Numbered from the stretch's first letter, positions 20,133 through 31,880 are shown. The stretch is DNA of 64,000 nucleotides from an uncultured Gemmatimonadales bacterium (GCA_963707505.1 CAVPQB010000004.1:448001-512000), one strand, 5' to 3'. Notes: generated from the letters alone by a model not told the origin. Numbers and translations: made by a program.

Positions 20133-22133
20133 CTATTTCAGGTATTGGTTGAACCAGGCGACGGATCGGTCGAGCATGTCGCGTTGATGCACCGGATTGG
20201 CGAAGTGATGCCCCTCGTCGGGGTACACGACGAGCTGCGTCTTCACGCCGACGTGCTGCAGTCCGCGCCAGAACTCGAACGATTGCGGTGCCGGGCATTC
20301 GGCGTCGCGCTCGCCGACGACGATCAGCGTCGGAGTCTTCGCGTGCGTGATGAAATTGATCGGCGAGCTCCTTGCGTAAACGGCCGGATCTTCGTACGCG
20401 GTGGCGCCGAAGAACGGAACCATCCATTCGCTGATCTGATTCTCGCCGGTGTAGCTGAGCCAGTTCGAAATACCGGCTCCGGCGACGGCTGCCTTGAAGC
20501 GAGTAGTCTGCGTGACGGTCCACATCGTCATGAAGCCACCGTAGCTCCATCCGGTAACGCCAAGTCGGTTGGCATCGACGGGATAACGCGCGATCACCGT
20601 GTCGACGCCGGCCATTACGTCACGCAGGTCGCCGTAGCCGAAATCCTTGACGTTGGCCCTCGTGAACGCTTCGCCCTGACCGTAGCTGCCGCGTGGATTT
20701 GGCATGAACACGAAATAGCCCGCGCGCGACAGCACCGCCTGCTGGCGGATCCAGCGCATGAACGTCGACGCCAACGCCGACGACGGGTCCGCCGTGGACG
20801 TACACGATCATCGGGTAGTGCTTGCTCGCTCGAAAGTCGTCGGGGTAGAGCAGGAGTCCCTGGACGTTGAACTTGTCGCTGTGCCAGTGGACGCTCACGG
20901 ACTTGCCCCAGGACGGCGTGACGCCGGCGTTGACGTGCGTGATCTGCGACCAATGGCCGATCGGACCGACCCAGATCTCCGGCGGGGTGCTGAACGATTC
21001 GCGCACCAGCGCGACCGTGTGTCCGTTGGACGGGGCGGACATGACTGGAAGACCTCGGCCGGAGCGGCGGCGATTGTTTCATCGGCCGTCCAGAACGAAG
21101 TCACGGCACCCGTGCGTGCGTTGACGCTGGCGATCTCGGAGCCGCCGTGGGACCACATGGTGGCGAGGATCGACTCCGCGACTCTGCCACCTGAAGGCGC
21201 CAGCCGAGACGGTGATGTTGGGAGTGAGGTCGTGCGGCACACCGCCGGCGGCGGGGACTGTGTAGAGGTCGCCGCCGGTGGAGCCTTGGTCGCTCATCAG
21301 GCCGCCGATGAACGCGATGTGCGATCCGTCGGGCGACCAGATCGGCTGCGCGATCTGCACGTTGGGTTTCGCGATTTCTCGGTGGGCGCCGGTCGTCGCG
21401 TCGATTCCATCGAGACGCGCCACCCACCAGTTGTTGTTGCCCGATCCGTTGGCCACGCTCACGACGAATTCTTTCCCGTTCGGCGACCAGTCGAACTCGT
21501 ACACGTAGAGGTCGGCTTCGAAATGACTTTGAGTTCGCCGGTCGCGACGTCGACGATGGCCAGGTGCTGTCGGTCGATGTGCGTGTCCATCGCGCCGGTG
21601 TCGCGTGGCGTCGCCTGCGTCGGGCCGTTCGCTTCTTCGGACGGTGACGAATACAGTACGGCGATGCGCGACGCATCCGGTGAGAAACGCGCATCATGCA
21701 CCGACCCCGTCACCGTGGCGACTCGACGCGCCGAGCCACCCGTGGCGCCAACAATGTAGAGCGCCGGAGTCCCATTGCCCGTCGTAGCTCGTACCAGGAG
21801 CTGCCTGCTATCAGGCGACCATGCGAGCTCGGACATGCTCCCGCGATCCGCGCTCGGTAGCGCGACGGCTTCCGGTGCATCCCTGCCGCCGTTGGCTGCG
21901 AGCTCGACCGCTACGGTCTCGCCCCGGCGCGAGTCCGGTCCGATCCAGGCCAGGTGCTGGCCGTCCGGCGCGATCGCCACGCTCGTGAACTGCCGGAGGT
22001 GCGGCGCTGCTGCGCTATTCTGCGCTCGTGCGGAAGTGGTTGCAGCGAGTGCGCAGATAAGTGCGACGCGTACCGCTACGCGAGTGAATTGCGCATTTGA
22101 TGACGAGCTCTGTCGAAACAACGAAACCTCCAT
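20133..22133 (-). CDS. S9 family (acylaminoacyl) serine peptidase, multiply frameshifted
   Basis: Signal peptide ARA|QNS, WSPD propeller repeats, YVHGGP, PNPRGSYGQG, GWSYGG, GERDAEC, YPDEGH. At least 4 frame breaks between 20750 and 21520. Confidence 0.85.
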
Positions 22134-22192
22134 GAGTGGACACAACTACGATTCGATCGTGCGGTAGTGACTGTCAACTCACGTCGCGATCG

Positions 22193-24028
22193 CTACATGC
22201 TCTCCAGCGCTACACGGTCGCCTGCGCGGAACTGACCGCGGTAGAGCTTCGCGTACGTCCCTTCCGCGTCGAGGAGGTCCGCATGGCTACCGGTCTCGAC
22301 GACGTGTCCATGCTCCAGCACAACGACGCGATCGGCGCGAAGCACTGTCGATAGTCTGTGGGCGATGATCAGCGTTGATCTCCCGCGCAGCAACTCCTCC
22401 ATCGCCGCCTCGACCAGGCGCTCGCTCTCGGAGTCGAGGCTCGACGTCGCCTCGTCCAGAATGACGAGTGCCGGATCCTTGAGGAATACGCGAGCGATTG
22501 CGAGACGTTGCCTCTGCCCACCTGACAACTTCACTCCGCGCTCGCCAACCGCGGTGTCATAACCTTGCGGCAGCCGGACGATGAACTCGTGCGCGTTGGC
22601 CGCGCGCGCGGCCGATTCGATCGCAGAATCCGGCACCGCGACGGAATCTCCTGCGAGAGCGTACGCGATGTTGTCTCGCACAGTTCCGCTGAACAACGTC
22701 GGTTCCTGCGGAACGACGCCGATCGATTCACGAAGATCGCGGAGCGCGAGGTCGCGAATGTCCATTCCGTCGAACATTATGCGTCCACCGGTGACGTCCC
22801 AGAATCGCGGCAGGAGCGACGCAACCGTCGTCTTTCCCGCGCCGCTTGGGCCCACCAGCGCCACGATTTCGCCGGGGCCTATATGCAGCGACACGTCGTG
22901 CAGCGCTTCCGGTAGCTCCGGTTGATACTTGAAGTGAACGTGCTCGAGAGCGACGTCGCCTCGTCGCGGCCGCGGCAAGGCGACCGGCGCGACCGGGTCG
23001 ATCACAGTCGGCCTCATGTCCATCAGCTCGAAGATGCGATGCGCGGCACCAGCCGCTTCCTGATACGCGCCGAACAATGAAGCCAGCGACGCCACTGCTC
23101 CCGCGACATACATCGCGTAAAGCAGGAACGACACGAGCGCGCCAGCGGTGAGCTGACCCGCGAGCACGAGTCGTCCGCCTTCCCAGAGTACGACTACGAC
23201 TCCGCTGAATCCGAAGAACGTGAGCGCGCCGAAGAACACGCCGCGAATCTTTGCGCGATCCACCGCCGCCCGCACCACGTCGAGCAGATGCTTGTCGTAC
23301 TTGCGAGTCTCCTCGCTCTCGGCGGTGAAGCTCTGCACCATCCGTATCTGCGAGAACGCTTCGTCGGCAGTGCCGGTTGCTTCGGCGATCCTGTCCTGCA
23401 CCCCGGTACTCGCACGGCGCAACATTCGTCCGAATACGAAAGCCGCACCGACGACCAGAGGCACGACCGCGAGCGTGGTTCCGGTAAGAGCGGGTTGCTT
23501 GATGGTGAGCATCACCAGCGCGCCGAGCAGGAAGATCGACTGTCGCGTGAACTCGGATAGATTCGTGCTCAGAACTGTCTGCAGTACACTCGTGTCGGAT
23601 GACAGCCGGCTCGTAAGCTCGCCCGTGCGCCGGTCGGTGAAGAATCCCGGTGACAGATGCACCATGTGCGCGAACAGATCCGTGCGCAGCTTCGCTATCA
23701 CGCGCTCGGCGGTCGACGTCAGCAGGTAAACCTGGACCATGTTGAGCGATGCCTGCACCGCGAACAGCAGCAGGAGGCCAGCTGCTATCTCGTTGAGAAA
23801 CGTTGCGTTCCCGTGCTGGAACGCAGTGTCGAGCAGCACGGCGACGATCGCGGGAAACGCGAGGCCGGCTGCGCTCGCCGCCAGCAGACACACAAGTGCG
23901 ACAGCGAGTTGGCCGATATACGGCTTTACGCGCGGGAACAGCCGCGCCAGTGCGGTGGGCGATATCGGCTTACGGTCCTTCTTCGCACCGCCTTTCGGTT
24001 CGGCGGTCTGAACCGCGGTTGCAGCCAC
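22193..24028 (-). CDS. ABC exporter, fused permease/ATPase (MsbA-like)
   Basis: Six-TM domain, TGELTSRL, Walker A GPSGAGKT, LSGGQRQRLAIAR, ILDEATSSLD, IAHRLST; GTG start overlaps the ctaB stop. Confidence 0.92.
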   Translation of the reverse strand: MAATAVQTAEPKGGAKKDRKPISPTALARLFPRVKPYIGQLAVALVCLLAASAAGLAFPAIVAVLLDTAFQHGNATFLNEIAAGLLLLFAVQASLNMVQVYLLTSTAERVIAKLRTDLFAHMVHLSPGFFTDRRTGELTSRLSSDTSVLQTVLSTNLSEFTRQSIFLLGALVMLTIKQPALTGTTLAVVPLVVGAAFVFGRMLRRASTGVQDRIAEATGTADEAFSQIRMVQSFTAESEETRKYDKHLLDVVRAAVDRAKIRGVFFGALTFFGFSGVVVVLWEGGRLVLAGQLTAGALVSFLLYAMYVAGAVASLASLFGAYQEAAGAAHRIFELMDMRPTVIDPVAPVALPRPRRGDVALEHVHFKYQPELPEALHDVSLHIGPGEIVALVGPSGAGKTTVASLLPRFWDVTGGRIMFDGMDIRDLALRDLRESIGVVPQEPTLFSGTVRDNIAYALAGDSVAVPDSAIESAARAANAHEFIVRLPQGYDTAVGERGVKLSGGQRQRLAIARVFLKDPALVILDEATSSLDSESERLVEAAMEELLRGRSTLIIAHRLSTVLRADRVVVLEHGHVVETGSHADLLDAEGTYAKLYRGQFRAGDRVALESM

Positions 24029-24957
24029 TATCTGAATACGTGCAGGTCCACAACCATCGCGACGTACAGCAGCGCGAGGTACAGAAGCGAATACATGAAC
24101 ACGAACCGCTCGGTTGCTGTTGAATCGTCGCGTCCCTTGCCCCAGCGGATCTTGACGATTCCGTACGCCAGCGGCGCAGCGACCACCAGCGCCGAGACGA
24201 GGTAGAACAACCCGAATGCGCCTGTGCAGAACGGAAGCACCGATAATGCGACCATGATGCCCAGATACCACAGCATCTGATCCTTGGTATGCTTCTCCCC
24301 CCAGATCAGCGGCGCCATCGGAACTCCAGCAGCGCCGTAATCGCGCTTCTTGAGTAACGCCAGCGCCCAGAAGTGTGGCGGCGTCCAGTAGAACACGATC
24401 AGGAACAACGTCCACGCCGTGAGATCCAGCGTGCCCGTCACCGCGGCGTAGCCGACCAGCGGCGGGATTGCTCCAGCCGCGCCGCCGATCACGATGTTCT
24501 GTGGCGTTCTCCGCTTGAGCCAGTGCGTGTAGAGAAACACGTAGCCATAAAATCCGAGCAACGCGAGCGCAGCGGTGAGCACATTTGCGTATCGCGCCAG
24601 CAGGAACGTCGCCGCCGTCGCGAGCAGAATCCCGAACGCGAGTACGGCGCGCGGTGCCATCCGCCCGCTCGGGATCGGCCGCAGCTTGGTGCGCGGCATG
24701 TGCGCGTCGATGTCACGGTCCAGATACATGTTCACCGCGTGCGCTCCGCCAGCCATCAGATAGCCGCCCACCAATACCGTGAGCACGAGCCACCCGCTTG
24801 GCGTCCCCGCGACATACATCGCGGCGACGGTCGTAACGAGAAGCAGCGAAATGATCCGCGGCTTGGTGAGCGCGATGAGATCCGACGCGAGCGAATGTTC
24901 GCGCTCGTTTGTCACGGAGACCGCTCCGTCGGCATTCATGCCATGACCCGTGGTCAC
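24028..24957 (-). CDS. ctaB: Protoheme IX farnesyltransferase (heme O synthase)
   Basis: LTKPRII, DRDIDAHMPRTKLRPIPSG, LKRRTPQNIVIGGAAGAIPPLVG, WTPPHFWAL. Confidence 0.96.
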   Translation of the reverse strand: MTTGHGMNADGAVSVTNEREHSLASDLIALTKPRIISLLLVTTVAAMYVAGTPSGWLVLTVLVGGYLMAGGAHAVNMYLDRDIDAHMPRTKLRPIPSGRMAPRAVLAFGILLATAATFLLARYANVLTAALALLGFYGYVFLYTHWLKRRTPQNIVIGGAAGAIPPLVGYAAVTGTLDLTAWTLFLIVFYWTPPHFWALALLKKRDYGAAGVPMAPLIWGEKHTKDQMLWYLGIMVALSVLPFCTGAFGLFYLVSALVVAAPLAYGIVKIRWGKGRDDSTATERFVFMYSLLYLALLYVAMVVDLHVFR

Positions 24958-25973
24958 GCCGCTGCCGCCGCGCCACGAAGTGGCGCTTCCTCGTCACTGC
25001 GTTCGGCGAGCGAATATTTCGCCAGCGCTGCAAGGGTGAAGATCGATAGCCACACCAGCGTACCCACCGCCTGGTGCAGCGAGCGCCACACTGGCGGAAG
25101 GTGCATCTCCACCATTCCTGCGGCAACAACTATTTGTAGCACTATGGCGCCGAGCGCCGCCCATGCTGCAACGCGCACCTGACCTGGCTCACGTCGACGC
25201 TGTGCCGATAGTGCCACTCCGATCATGTGGAAGAACAACAGGAACGCGAGCACTCGATGCGTCACCTGGATGTACAACGGTGTTCCTGTCACCGCGATCC
25301 TGGTGCACCATGGGAATCCCTGGCACGAAGCGTTGGCGCCGAGCACGTTCGCGGTGAGCGCGCCCATTACCAGTACGATGAACGCAAGGATCACTGCCGC
25401 TCGCGCCGCGCGATACGTTCGCGGCGACGCAACTTCGGTCCCGTCGAACCCCCAACCGCCCGCGCGAAGCGCAGCGATGGAGAGTACCGCCAGGAGCGTC
25501 ATCGCGATCGCGAGGTGCGTGACGATTACATAAGGATTGAGCGAAAGCTTGACTGTTATTCCGCCGAATACCGCGGCGGTGACGACAAGCCCGGTCGCAA
25601 GCATCGCCGATCGCAACACACCCCCCCGACCGCCCACGCCCCGTTGCGCGCGGCGCTTGTACGCGGTGATGAGAAGTGCAATGATCGCGATCGTGACCGT
25701 CGCCGCTATGTAGCGATGCGTCACCTCGACGATCAGATCCGGGCGCTCGAGCGGTGGAAACAGGTACCCCTGACACGTGGGCCAGTGATCGCCGCACCCC
25801 ATGCCCGATCCCGTAATGCGCACGATGGCGCCAAAGACGATCTGGGCGAACGCCAGGCCCGTTGCCACATATGCCAGCCGCCGCAGCAGGGGCAGGCCAC
25901 CGTGTGTTGGGGCAGGCTCCACTGCCTGCGCCAAAGTCCGACGAGACTCGGACCCGCTCACAACGCTCTCCAT
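24954..25973 (-). CDS. ctaA: Heme A synthase (COX15/CtaA); start may be GTG at 25961
   Basis: GAIVRITGSGMGCGDHWPTCQG, EVTHR, HLAIA, second Cys pair SCQGFPWC, QVTHR, LHQAVG. Confidence 0.93.
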   Translation of the reverse strand: MESVVSGSESRRTLAQAVEPAPTHGGLPLLRRLAYVATGLAFAQIVFGAIVRITGSGMGCGDHWPTCQGYLFPPLERPDLIVEVTHRYIAATVTIAIIALLITAYKRRAQRGVGGRGGVLRSAMLATGLVVTAAVFGGITVKLSLNPYVIVTHLAIAMTLLAVLSIAALRAGGWGFDGTEVASPRTYRAARAAVILAFIVLVMGALTANVLGANASCQGFPWCTRIAVTGTPLYIQVTHRVLAFLLFFHMIGVALSAQRRREPGQVRVAAWAALGAIVLQIVVAAGMVEMHLPPVWRSLHQAVGTLVWLSIFTLAALAKYSLAERSDEEAPLRGAAAAA

Positions 25974-26167
25974 GCGACCCAGAAAACCACAGCCAGCACC
26001 ATCGCCGGCAACACGCCCCAGATCATCTCGACGACCCGAGGCGATCGCGGCATGTTGTCAGCCGGTACCATGTCCGTTGGCGGAAAAAACGCCGACCGCA
26101 GAATCAGCAGCTCGGCGACGACGGTAATGACGAGGCAGGCCCAGAACAGGGCTCGATGTAGCTCCAT
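25958..26167 (-). CDS. 69-aa two-TM protein resembling the cytochrome c oxidase subunit II transmembrane domain
   Basis: MELHRALFWACLVITVVAELLILRS...SPRVVEMIWGVLPAMVLAVVFW; the stop overlaps the ctaA start region. Confidence 0.7.
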   Translation of the reverse strand: MELHRALFWACLVITVVAELLILRSAFFPPTDMVPADNMPRSPRVVEMIWGVLPAMVLAVVFWVAWRAL

Positions 26168-26219
26168 TTCAGAGTCTAAAGCTACTCGCCATCCCACGTT
26201 CGTTGCAGTACCGTTGTTG

Positions 26220-27555
26220 ATGCCTTCCGCACTGCCGCGCCGAATCGGCCTCTGGAGCGCCGTCGCAGTTCTCGTCGGATCCACCGTTGGGTCCGGAATC
26301 TTTCGCTCGCCCGCGGGCATTGCCGATCGGCTTCCCGGGCCGCTCCCCATGCTGGCGCTCTGGGTGTTTGGTGGCCTCGTCGCGCTCTGCGGTGCGCTCA
26401 CACTCGCCGAAATCGCGAGCGCCTATCCGGAAACCGGCGGCGTTTACGTCTATATCAGGGAAGGGTGGGGACGCGTTCCCGCCTTCCTCTTTGGATGGGC
26501 CGAGCTCGTAATCATTCGCGCCGCCGCCCTCGGTGCCATCTCGACCACGTTTGCGGAATACATGTTCCGCTCCACCGGCCACGACCCGCTCACTGCGCCG
26601 TACAATCAGTGGGTCCACTACGTCGCCGCGATATCGATCGGCCTGATGGGCATTCTCAACTACGTGGGCGTGAAATGGGGCACGCTCGTCCAGAATACGC
26701 TCACCGTTCTCAAGTGCGCCGGTTTGCTCGGCATCGAGATCGTCGCGCTTGCAGCACTGCCACATACGGGCGGTCATTTCACCCCCGTCGCGCCCAGCGG
26801 AAGCTTCGGCTTCGTGCCCTTCGCGCTCGCTCTCACGTCGGTGCTTTGGGTGTACGACGGCTGGGCCGATGTCAGCTTCGTAGGCGGTGAGGTCAAGGAC
26901 CCGGAGCGCAATCTTCCCAAGGTTCTGATCTACGGAACGCTTGCGGTTATCGCCCTCTACCTGCTCGCCAACATCGCATACCTGTCGGTCCTCTCGATCG
27001 ACGAAATGCGTCACTCCAAGCTGGTCGCGGCCGACGTCGCCCAACGCCTCCTCGGCGAGCCGGGTGTCGCCGCCGTCGGCATCGTTGTAATGCTCTCCGC
27101 GCTCGGCACCCTTGCCAGCTCGATGCTCACCGGTCCGCGCATCCTCTTCGCGATGGCTACTGACGGTCTGCTCTTCCGCCGTCTCGGCAGAGTGCAGCCC
27201 CGGTTCCAGACTCCCGGCGCCGCGATATTACTGGCCACGGCACTTGGTGTCATATTTGTGATGCTGCGAACCTTCGAACAACTGGCGGACACATTTGTGA
27301 CGGCGATTATCCCGTTCTACGCGCTCGGGGTGGCAGCGATCTTTCCGCTCCGGAAGAGGAAGGCCGGCTACAAGCCCGCGGTGCGCGCGCGCGTGGTTTC
27401 CCGTGGCGCCGGTCGTGTTCGTTCTTGCGATCCTCTACCTGCTGGGCAGCGCGCTCGCCGATCCGGTAGCCCGAATACCTACTCTGGCGATCTTCGCCGT
27501 GATCTTCTCTGGTCTGATCTTTTACCCGTTTATCAACCGAACGGCCGTTCAGTAA
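26220..27555 (+). CDS. APC-family amino acid permease; frameshift near 27390
   Basis: LPRRIGLWSAVAVLVGSTVGSGIF, ETGGVYVY, YDGWAD, GEVKDPERNLP. The shifted frame gives two final TM helices (WFPVAPVVFVLAILYLL...) and TAA at 27555. Confidence 0.9.
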
Positions 27556-27641
27556 AAGAGTTGCAAGGACGTTGCAAATTCCCCCTGCCCCAAATGTGCG
27601 GGCGACCGTAAAATATATGCTTCCTTAATCCGAGAGGTTGC

Positions 27642-30600
27642 ATGCTCAAGGGTCGTTTGATTACGGCGCTGGGACTGGCGACGGCGTGCTTACTAGTGAA
27701 GCACGCGGAGCGCCAATGCACAGAACGTTACATCCGGTGGTGTCAGCGGTACGGTGACCGATCAGTCCGGTGCACCAATTCCGGCTGCACAGATTACAGT
27801 CACAAATACCCAAACAGGCGTTTCCGTCAACGCCACTGCACGCGATGGTGGGCGATATTCCGTCCAGGGTCTTGAAGTCGGCGGGCCGTACACCGCCGTC
27901 GTTCGCCGGATCGGCTTTGCGCCGATTACGCGAACGGGCATCATGGTTACCCTCAGCCAATCGACTCGCGTCGATGTCCAGATGACGAGCCAGGCGGCCG
28001 TGCTCAGCGGCGTCCGCATCGAGGGTGCCATCAATCCGGTGATCTCGCCGAGCAAGACCGGAACGGGAACGACGATCTCCGATTCAGCGCTCCGGCGGTT
28101 GCCGACGCTGAACCGGAATTTCACCGACTTCGTTCAGCTCGTTCCGCAGGTGTCCACCAACACCAGCGCGCTCTCGGGCGGCGGTGTCAACATTCGCCAG
28201 AACGGCATCCAGATCGACGGTGCCTCGGCGCAGGACATCTTCGGCATCGGCACCACCGGTCAGCCAGGTGCGAGTGCCGGCGCCAAGTCCATCCCGCTCG
28301 AGTCGGTCAAGGAATACCAGGTGCTGCTGTCTCCGTTCGACGTTCGTCAGGGCAATTTCGGCGGCGTGCTCATCAATGCAGTGACGCAGAGCGGGACGAA
28401 CGAGTTCCACGGCTCAGCGTATGGCTTCACGCGCAACCAGAGCTTCACGCGCACGCAGACGTATCTCACCGATTTCTCCAAGCAGCAGTACGGCTTCTCT
28501 GTCGGTGGCCCGATCATTCGCAACCGCCTCTTCTTCTTCGTGAACCCGGAGTGGCAGCGCCAGACTGCGCCGACGTCGGGTCTGTACGCGGGCTCGCCGA
28601 ATCTTCCGGTCGATCAGTCTTACGTCGACCAGTTCGCGACGATCCTCAAGACCCAGTACGGTCTGACCAACCCGGGTGACCTCGGACGGGTGACGCAGAA
28701 AAGCCCGAACACGAACTTCTTCGGCCGCATCGACGCGTATCTCCCGTTCAACACGCGGCTCGTTCTACGTCACAACTATGCGTCGGCCGACCAGACGAGC
28801 TTCAGTCGCAGCACGGCAGGATCGAACTCGCCGCGTCTCCCGCTCACCTCTTACCAGTACCAGTTCAGCAATACGAGCCACTCGTCGGTTGCCGAGTTCC
28901 TGAGCAACTTCTCGAACGGCATCTTCAACGAGCTGCTACTCAACTACACTACGATTCACGATTTCCGCACCGTGCCGGTGCAGTTCCCATCCGTCACAGT
29001 TCGCGGCATCCCGCGCAACGACGGTCAGACGGGAACGGTGACGCTCGTCGCGGGCACCGAAGCGTCGTCGCAGGGAAACAAGCTCGACCAGACGACGTTC
29101 GAGATCACGGAAAATCTCACGATTCCCCTGGGCGCCCACCATGTCACCATCGGCACGCGCAACCAGTTCTATCACCCGGTCAACCTGTTCGGCCAGAGCT
29201 CGCTCGGATCCTGGTCGTTCCTGAGCCTCGACTCCTTGTCGAAGGGTCTGGCGTCCGGTGATACCGTCGGTGTTCCGGCTCTCAGCGATCCGAACCACGG
29301 CCTCTCGACGTTCCATGCTCGCCAGTACTCCGTGTACGTGCAGGATGCGTGGCAGGTCACGGAACGGTTCAACGTGACCGGCGGTGTGCGCCTCGAGATT
29401 CCCAAGTTCGAGGACGTTCCACCGTTCAATGCTTCGGTCTTCGCCGCGTACGGCCGGAGCACGTCTTCGGTTCCGACGCGCCGCACCGTGTCACCTCGCC
29501 TGGCGTTCAATTGGGATGTCACCGGCGATCAGCGCAATCAGCTGCGCGGTGGCATCGGCTACTTCACCGGCTCACCGCCGTACGTGTATCTCTCGAACGC
29601 GTTCCAGAACTCCGGGCTGAGCGGATATGCGACACTCGTCTGCAGCGGTACGACGAGCGCGACGACGTCGTTCATGCCGCAGCAGTTCAACGCTGCGAAC
29701 ATCGCAACACCGCCGACGTCCTGCGCTGCATCGGGCGCCAAGCCCGGCGCAACGGCGGCACTCAGCTCGACGATCAACACGATCGATCCGAAGTTCCGCT
29801 ACCCGCAGTATCAGAAGATCTCGTTGGCTTACGATCACCAGTTCGGCGGCGGATACGTCGGAACGCTCGAGGGACTCTACACGCACGCTCTCTCGAATCC
29901 GTTCTACCAGAACCTCGCGCTCGCCGGCCCGCAGTCGGTCGACTCGCACGGGCGCGTCGTGTACGGCACGTTCACGGCGACGCGTGCCAACCCGACGACC
30001 ACGGGTCCCACGCAGCAGGTGCTGGACATGACGAGCATGGCTGGTGACTACACCTACAGCCTTACGGGTCAGCTCCAGAAGACCTTCACCGAACCAGTTC
30101 GAGGGCTCGTTGGCCTACACGTACAGCCAGGCGCGTGACGTGGTGACCGTAACCAGCTCAACTGCCAACTCGAACTACCGCTATCAGCGTGATGTATCCG
30201 GCAATGTTACGGACAACAATCTCACGCGCTCCAAGAACGACCAGCCGCACCGCATCATCGCAACAGGCACGTACCACATGCGGACGCGTACGGACGTCTC
30301 GTTCATCTACCAGGGCAGCTCTGGCTCACCGTACGATTACGTCTACGGCAGCGGCGATGCAAACGCCGACGGGCAGACTCAGAACGACCTCATCTACGTC
30401 CCCAAGGACGTGCGTGATCCGAACGAAATTCTCTTCACGGGTTACAACGACCCGGCGAAGGCGGCTTCAGTCGCGACGCAGCAGGCTGCGTTCGACAAGT
30501 TCATCAACAGCGTCCCGTGCCTGCGAGAGAGCCGCGGCAAGATCCTGAGCCGGAATGCCTGCCGGTCGCCGTGGGTCAACGAAGTCGACGTGAGCGTGTC

Positions 30601-30895
30601 CCAGTCGCTCGCGGCGTTCCACCAGCAGAACCTTGCGCTGCGTCTGGACGTCATCAACTTCGGAAATCTGCTCAATCCCAAGTGGGGTCGTCAGGCATTC
30701 GTTTCCAGCGGCGCCGGCCCTTACAGCAGCGCGACGAATCTCCTGACGACGACGGGTTACGTAACGGGGGCAGTCGTCAACGGCATCAACCCGGTACAGG
30801 GGATCTACACGTTCGATTCAAGCACGCAGCGCTATAACGCGCAGAACGTGTCATCCAACTACAGCATGCAGCTATCGCTGCGCTATAGCTTCTAA
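27642..30895 (+). CDS. TonB-dependent receptor (Oar-like, N-terminal carboxypeptidase-regulatory-like domain); frameshifts near 27705 and 30091
   Basis: Signal peptide ...SANA|QNV, SGTVTDQSGAPIP, LPTLNRNFTDF, PFDVRQGNFGG, SGTNEFHGS, C-terminal QLSLRYSF. Confidence 0.92.
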
Positions 30896-30910
30896 GTTCC
30901 TGAAAGTAGT

Positions 30911-30956
30911 AAACACAAACGCCGCCACGGTTCAGACCGTGGCGGCGTTTGTGTTT
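30911..30956. terminator. Bidirectional rho-independent terminator
   Basis: AAACACAAACGCCGCCACGGT-tcag-ACCGTGGCGGCGTTTGTGTTT, a perfect 21-bp stem between convergent genes. Confidence 0.93.
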
Positions 30957-30985
30957 TGTTCTCGGTTGGCGTGTTGCCGGGAACC

Positions 30986-31867
30986 CTAGAACACCTTCAC
31001 ATTTATGTATCGCTTGGGGTTCTTCTTGATATCAGCGACGAGGCTGTCCATCCGCCCCAGCAGCGAGTGTACGTCATTGTAGAGCGCCGGATCGTTGATC
31101 AATTTTGCCGCTGACCCGTTGCCACTGTCTACCTTCGCTACGATCTGATTCAGCGCGCGGCCCGTCGAATCCAGTGACGTGGTCAACGAGCTCATGTTAC
31201 CGCTCGCCGTGCGAAGGTTCGACAGCGTCGAATCTATCTTGGCCGAATCGACCGCCGACGTCGCGCGCCGAAGCGACGTCATGGTAGCGGTAAGCTGGGT
31301 CGACTGCACGGCCGCGATGGCGCTCAGCTGCGACATGAGCTTGTTGGTGCCCGCAAGCGTCTGACGCAGATCCGCAAGACCGCCTCCCGCTACGAGCTCC
31401 TTGTTCATCGCACTCGTAAGTGCAGCGACTGACGTCGTAATCGAATCAGCCTTCGCCGTCAGCTGCGCAATTCCCGCCGATGCAGGACCACTCACCACGG
31501 TATCGCCCTCGACGTACCGCGCGCCCGACGGTTGTGGCGTGAAGTTCACGGCAACGTCTCCGAATATTCCGTTCGGAACCACCGTCGCCGGACTGGGCTT
31601 CGGAATCGGTTGCGCGCTTGTTATTCGCAGCTGAGTCAGGAGGCTCCCATCCGGGCGAAACTGCACGTCCGAGACGTAGCCAACCGCTGCGCCACTCACC
31701 CATACGGGCGCACCCGTCTTGAGGCCGGCTCCCCACGCGAATCTGGCGTACAGCGGATAGCCCTTGGATAGGCCGCCGCGCGCAAGCCATAGCGAGCCGA
31801 TGACGGCGATCACGAGCCCCACCACGATCACTACACCGACCAGAATGTCGTCACGAGTCTTTTTCAT
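30986..31867 (-). CDS. mlaD: MlaD/MCE family protein with long helical extension
   Basis: N-terminal TM, GLKTGAPVWVSGAAVGYV MCE motif, GSAAKLINDPALYND, DIKKNPKRY. Confidence 0.88.
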   Translation of the reverse strand: MKKTRDDILVGVVIVVGLVIAVIGSLWLARGGLSKGYPLYARFAWGAGLKTGAPVWVSGAAVGYVSDVQFRPDGSLLTQLRITSAQPIPKPSPATVVPNGIFGDVAVNFTPQPSGARYVEGDTVVSGPASAGIAQLTAKADSITTSVAALTSAMNKELVAGGGLADLRQTLAGTNKLMSQLSAIAAVQSTQLTATMTSLRRATSAVDSAKIDSTLSNLRTASGNMSSLTTSLDSTGRALNQIVAKVDSGNGSAAKLINDPALYNDVHSLLGRMDSLVADIKKNPKRYINVKVF

Positions 31868-31880
31868 ATTGTCAGCCGGA

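Noticed and set aside
22193..24415. 740-aa ABC transporter with an N-terminal extra domain
   Set aside because: The extension overlaps ctaB in another frame; GTG at 24028 coupled to the ctaB stop gives a standard-size exporter.
25227..27611. 794-aa ORF as a permease with a long N-terminal domain
   Set aside because: The first ~330 codons are antisense to ctaA and the mini-protein; APC homology begins at ATG 26220.
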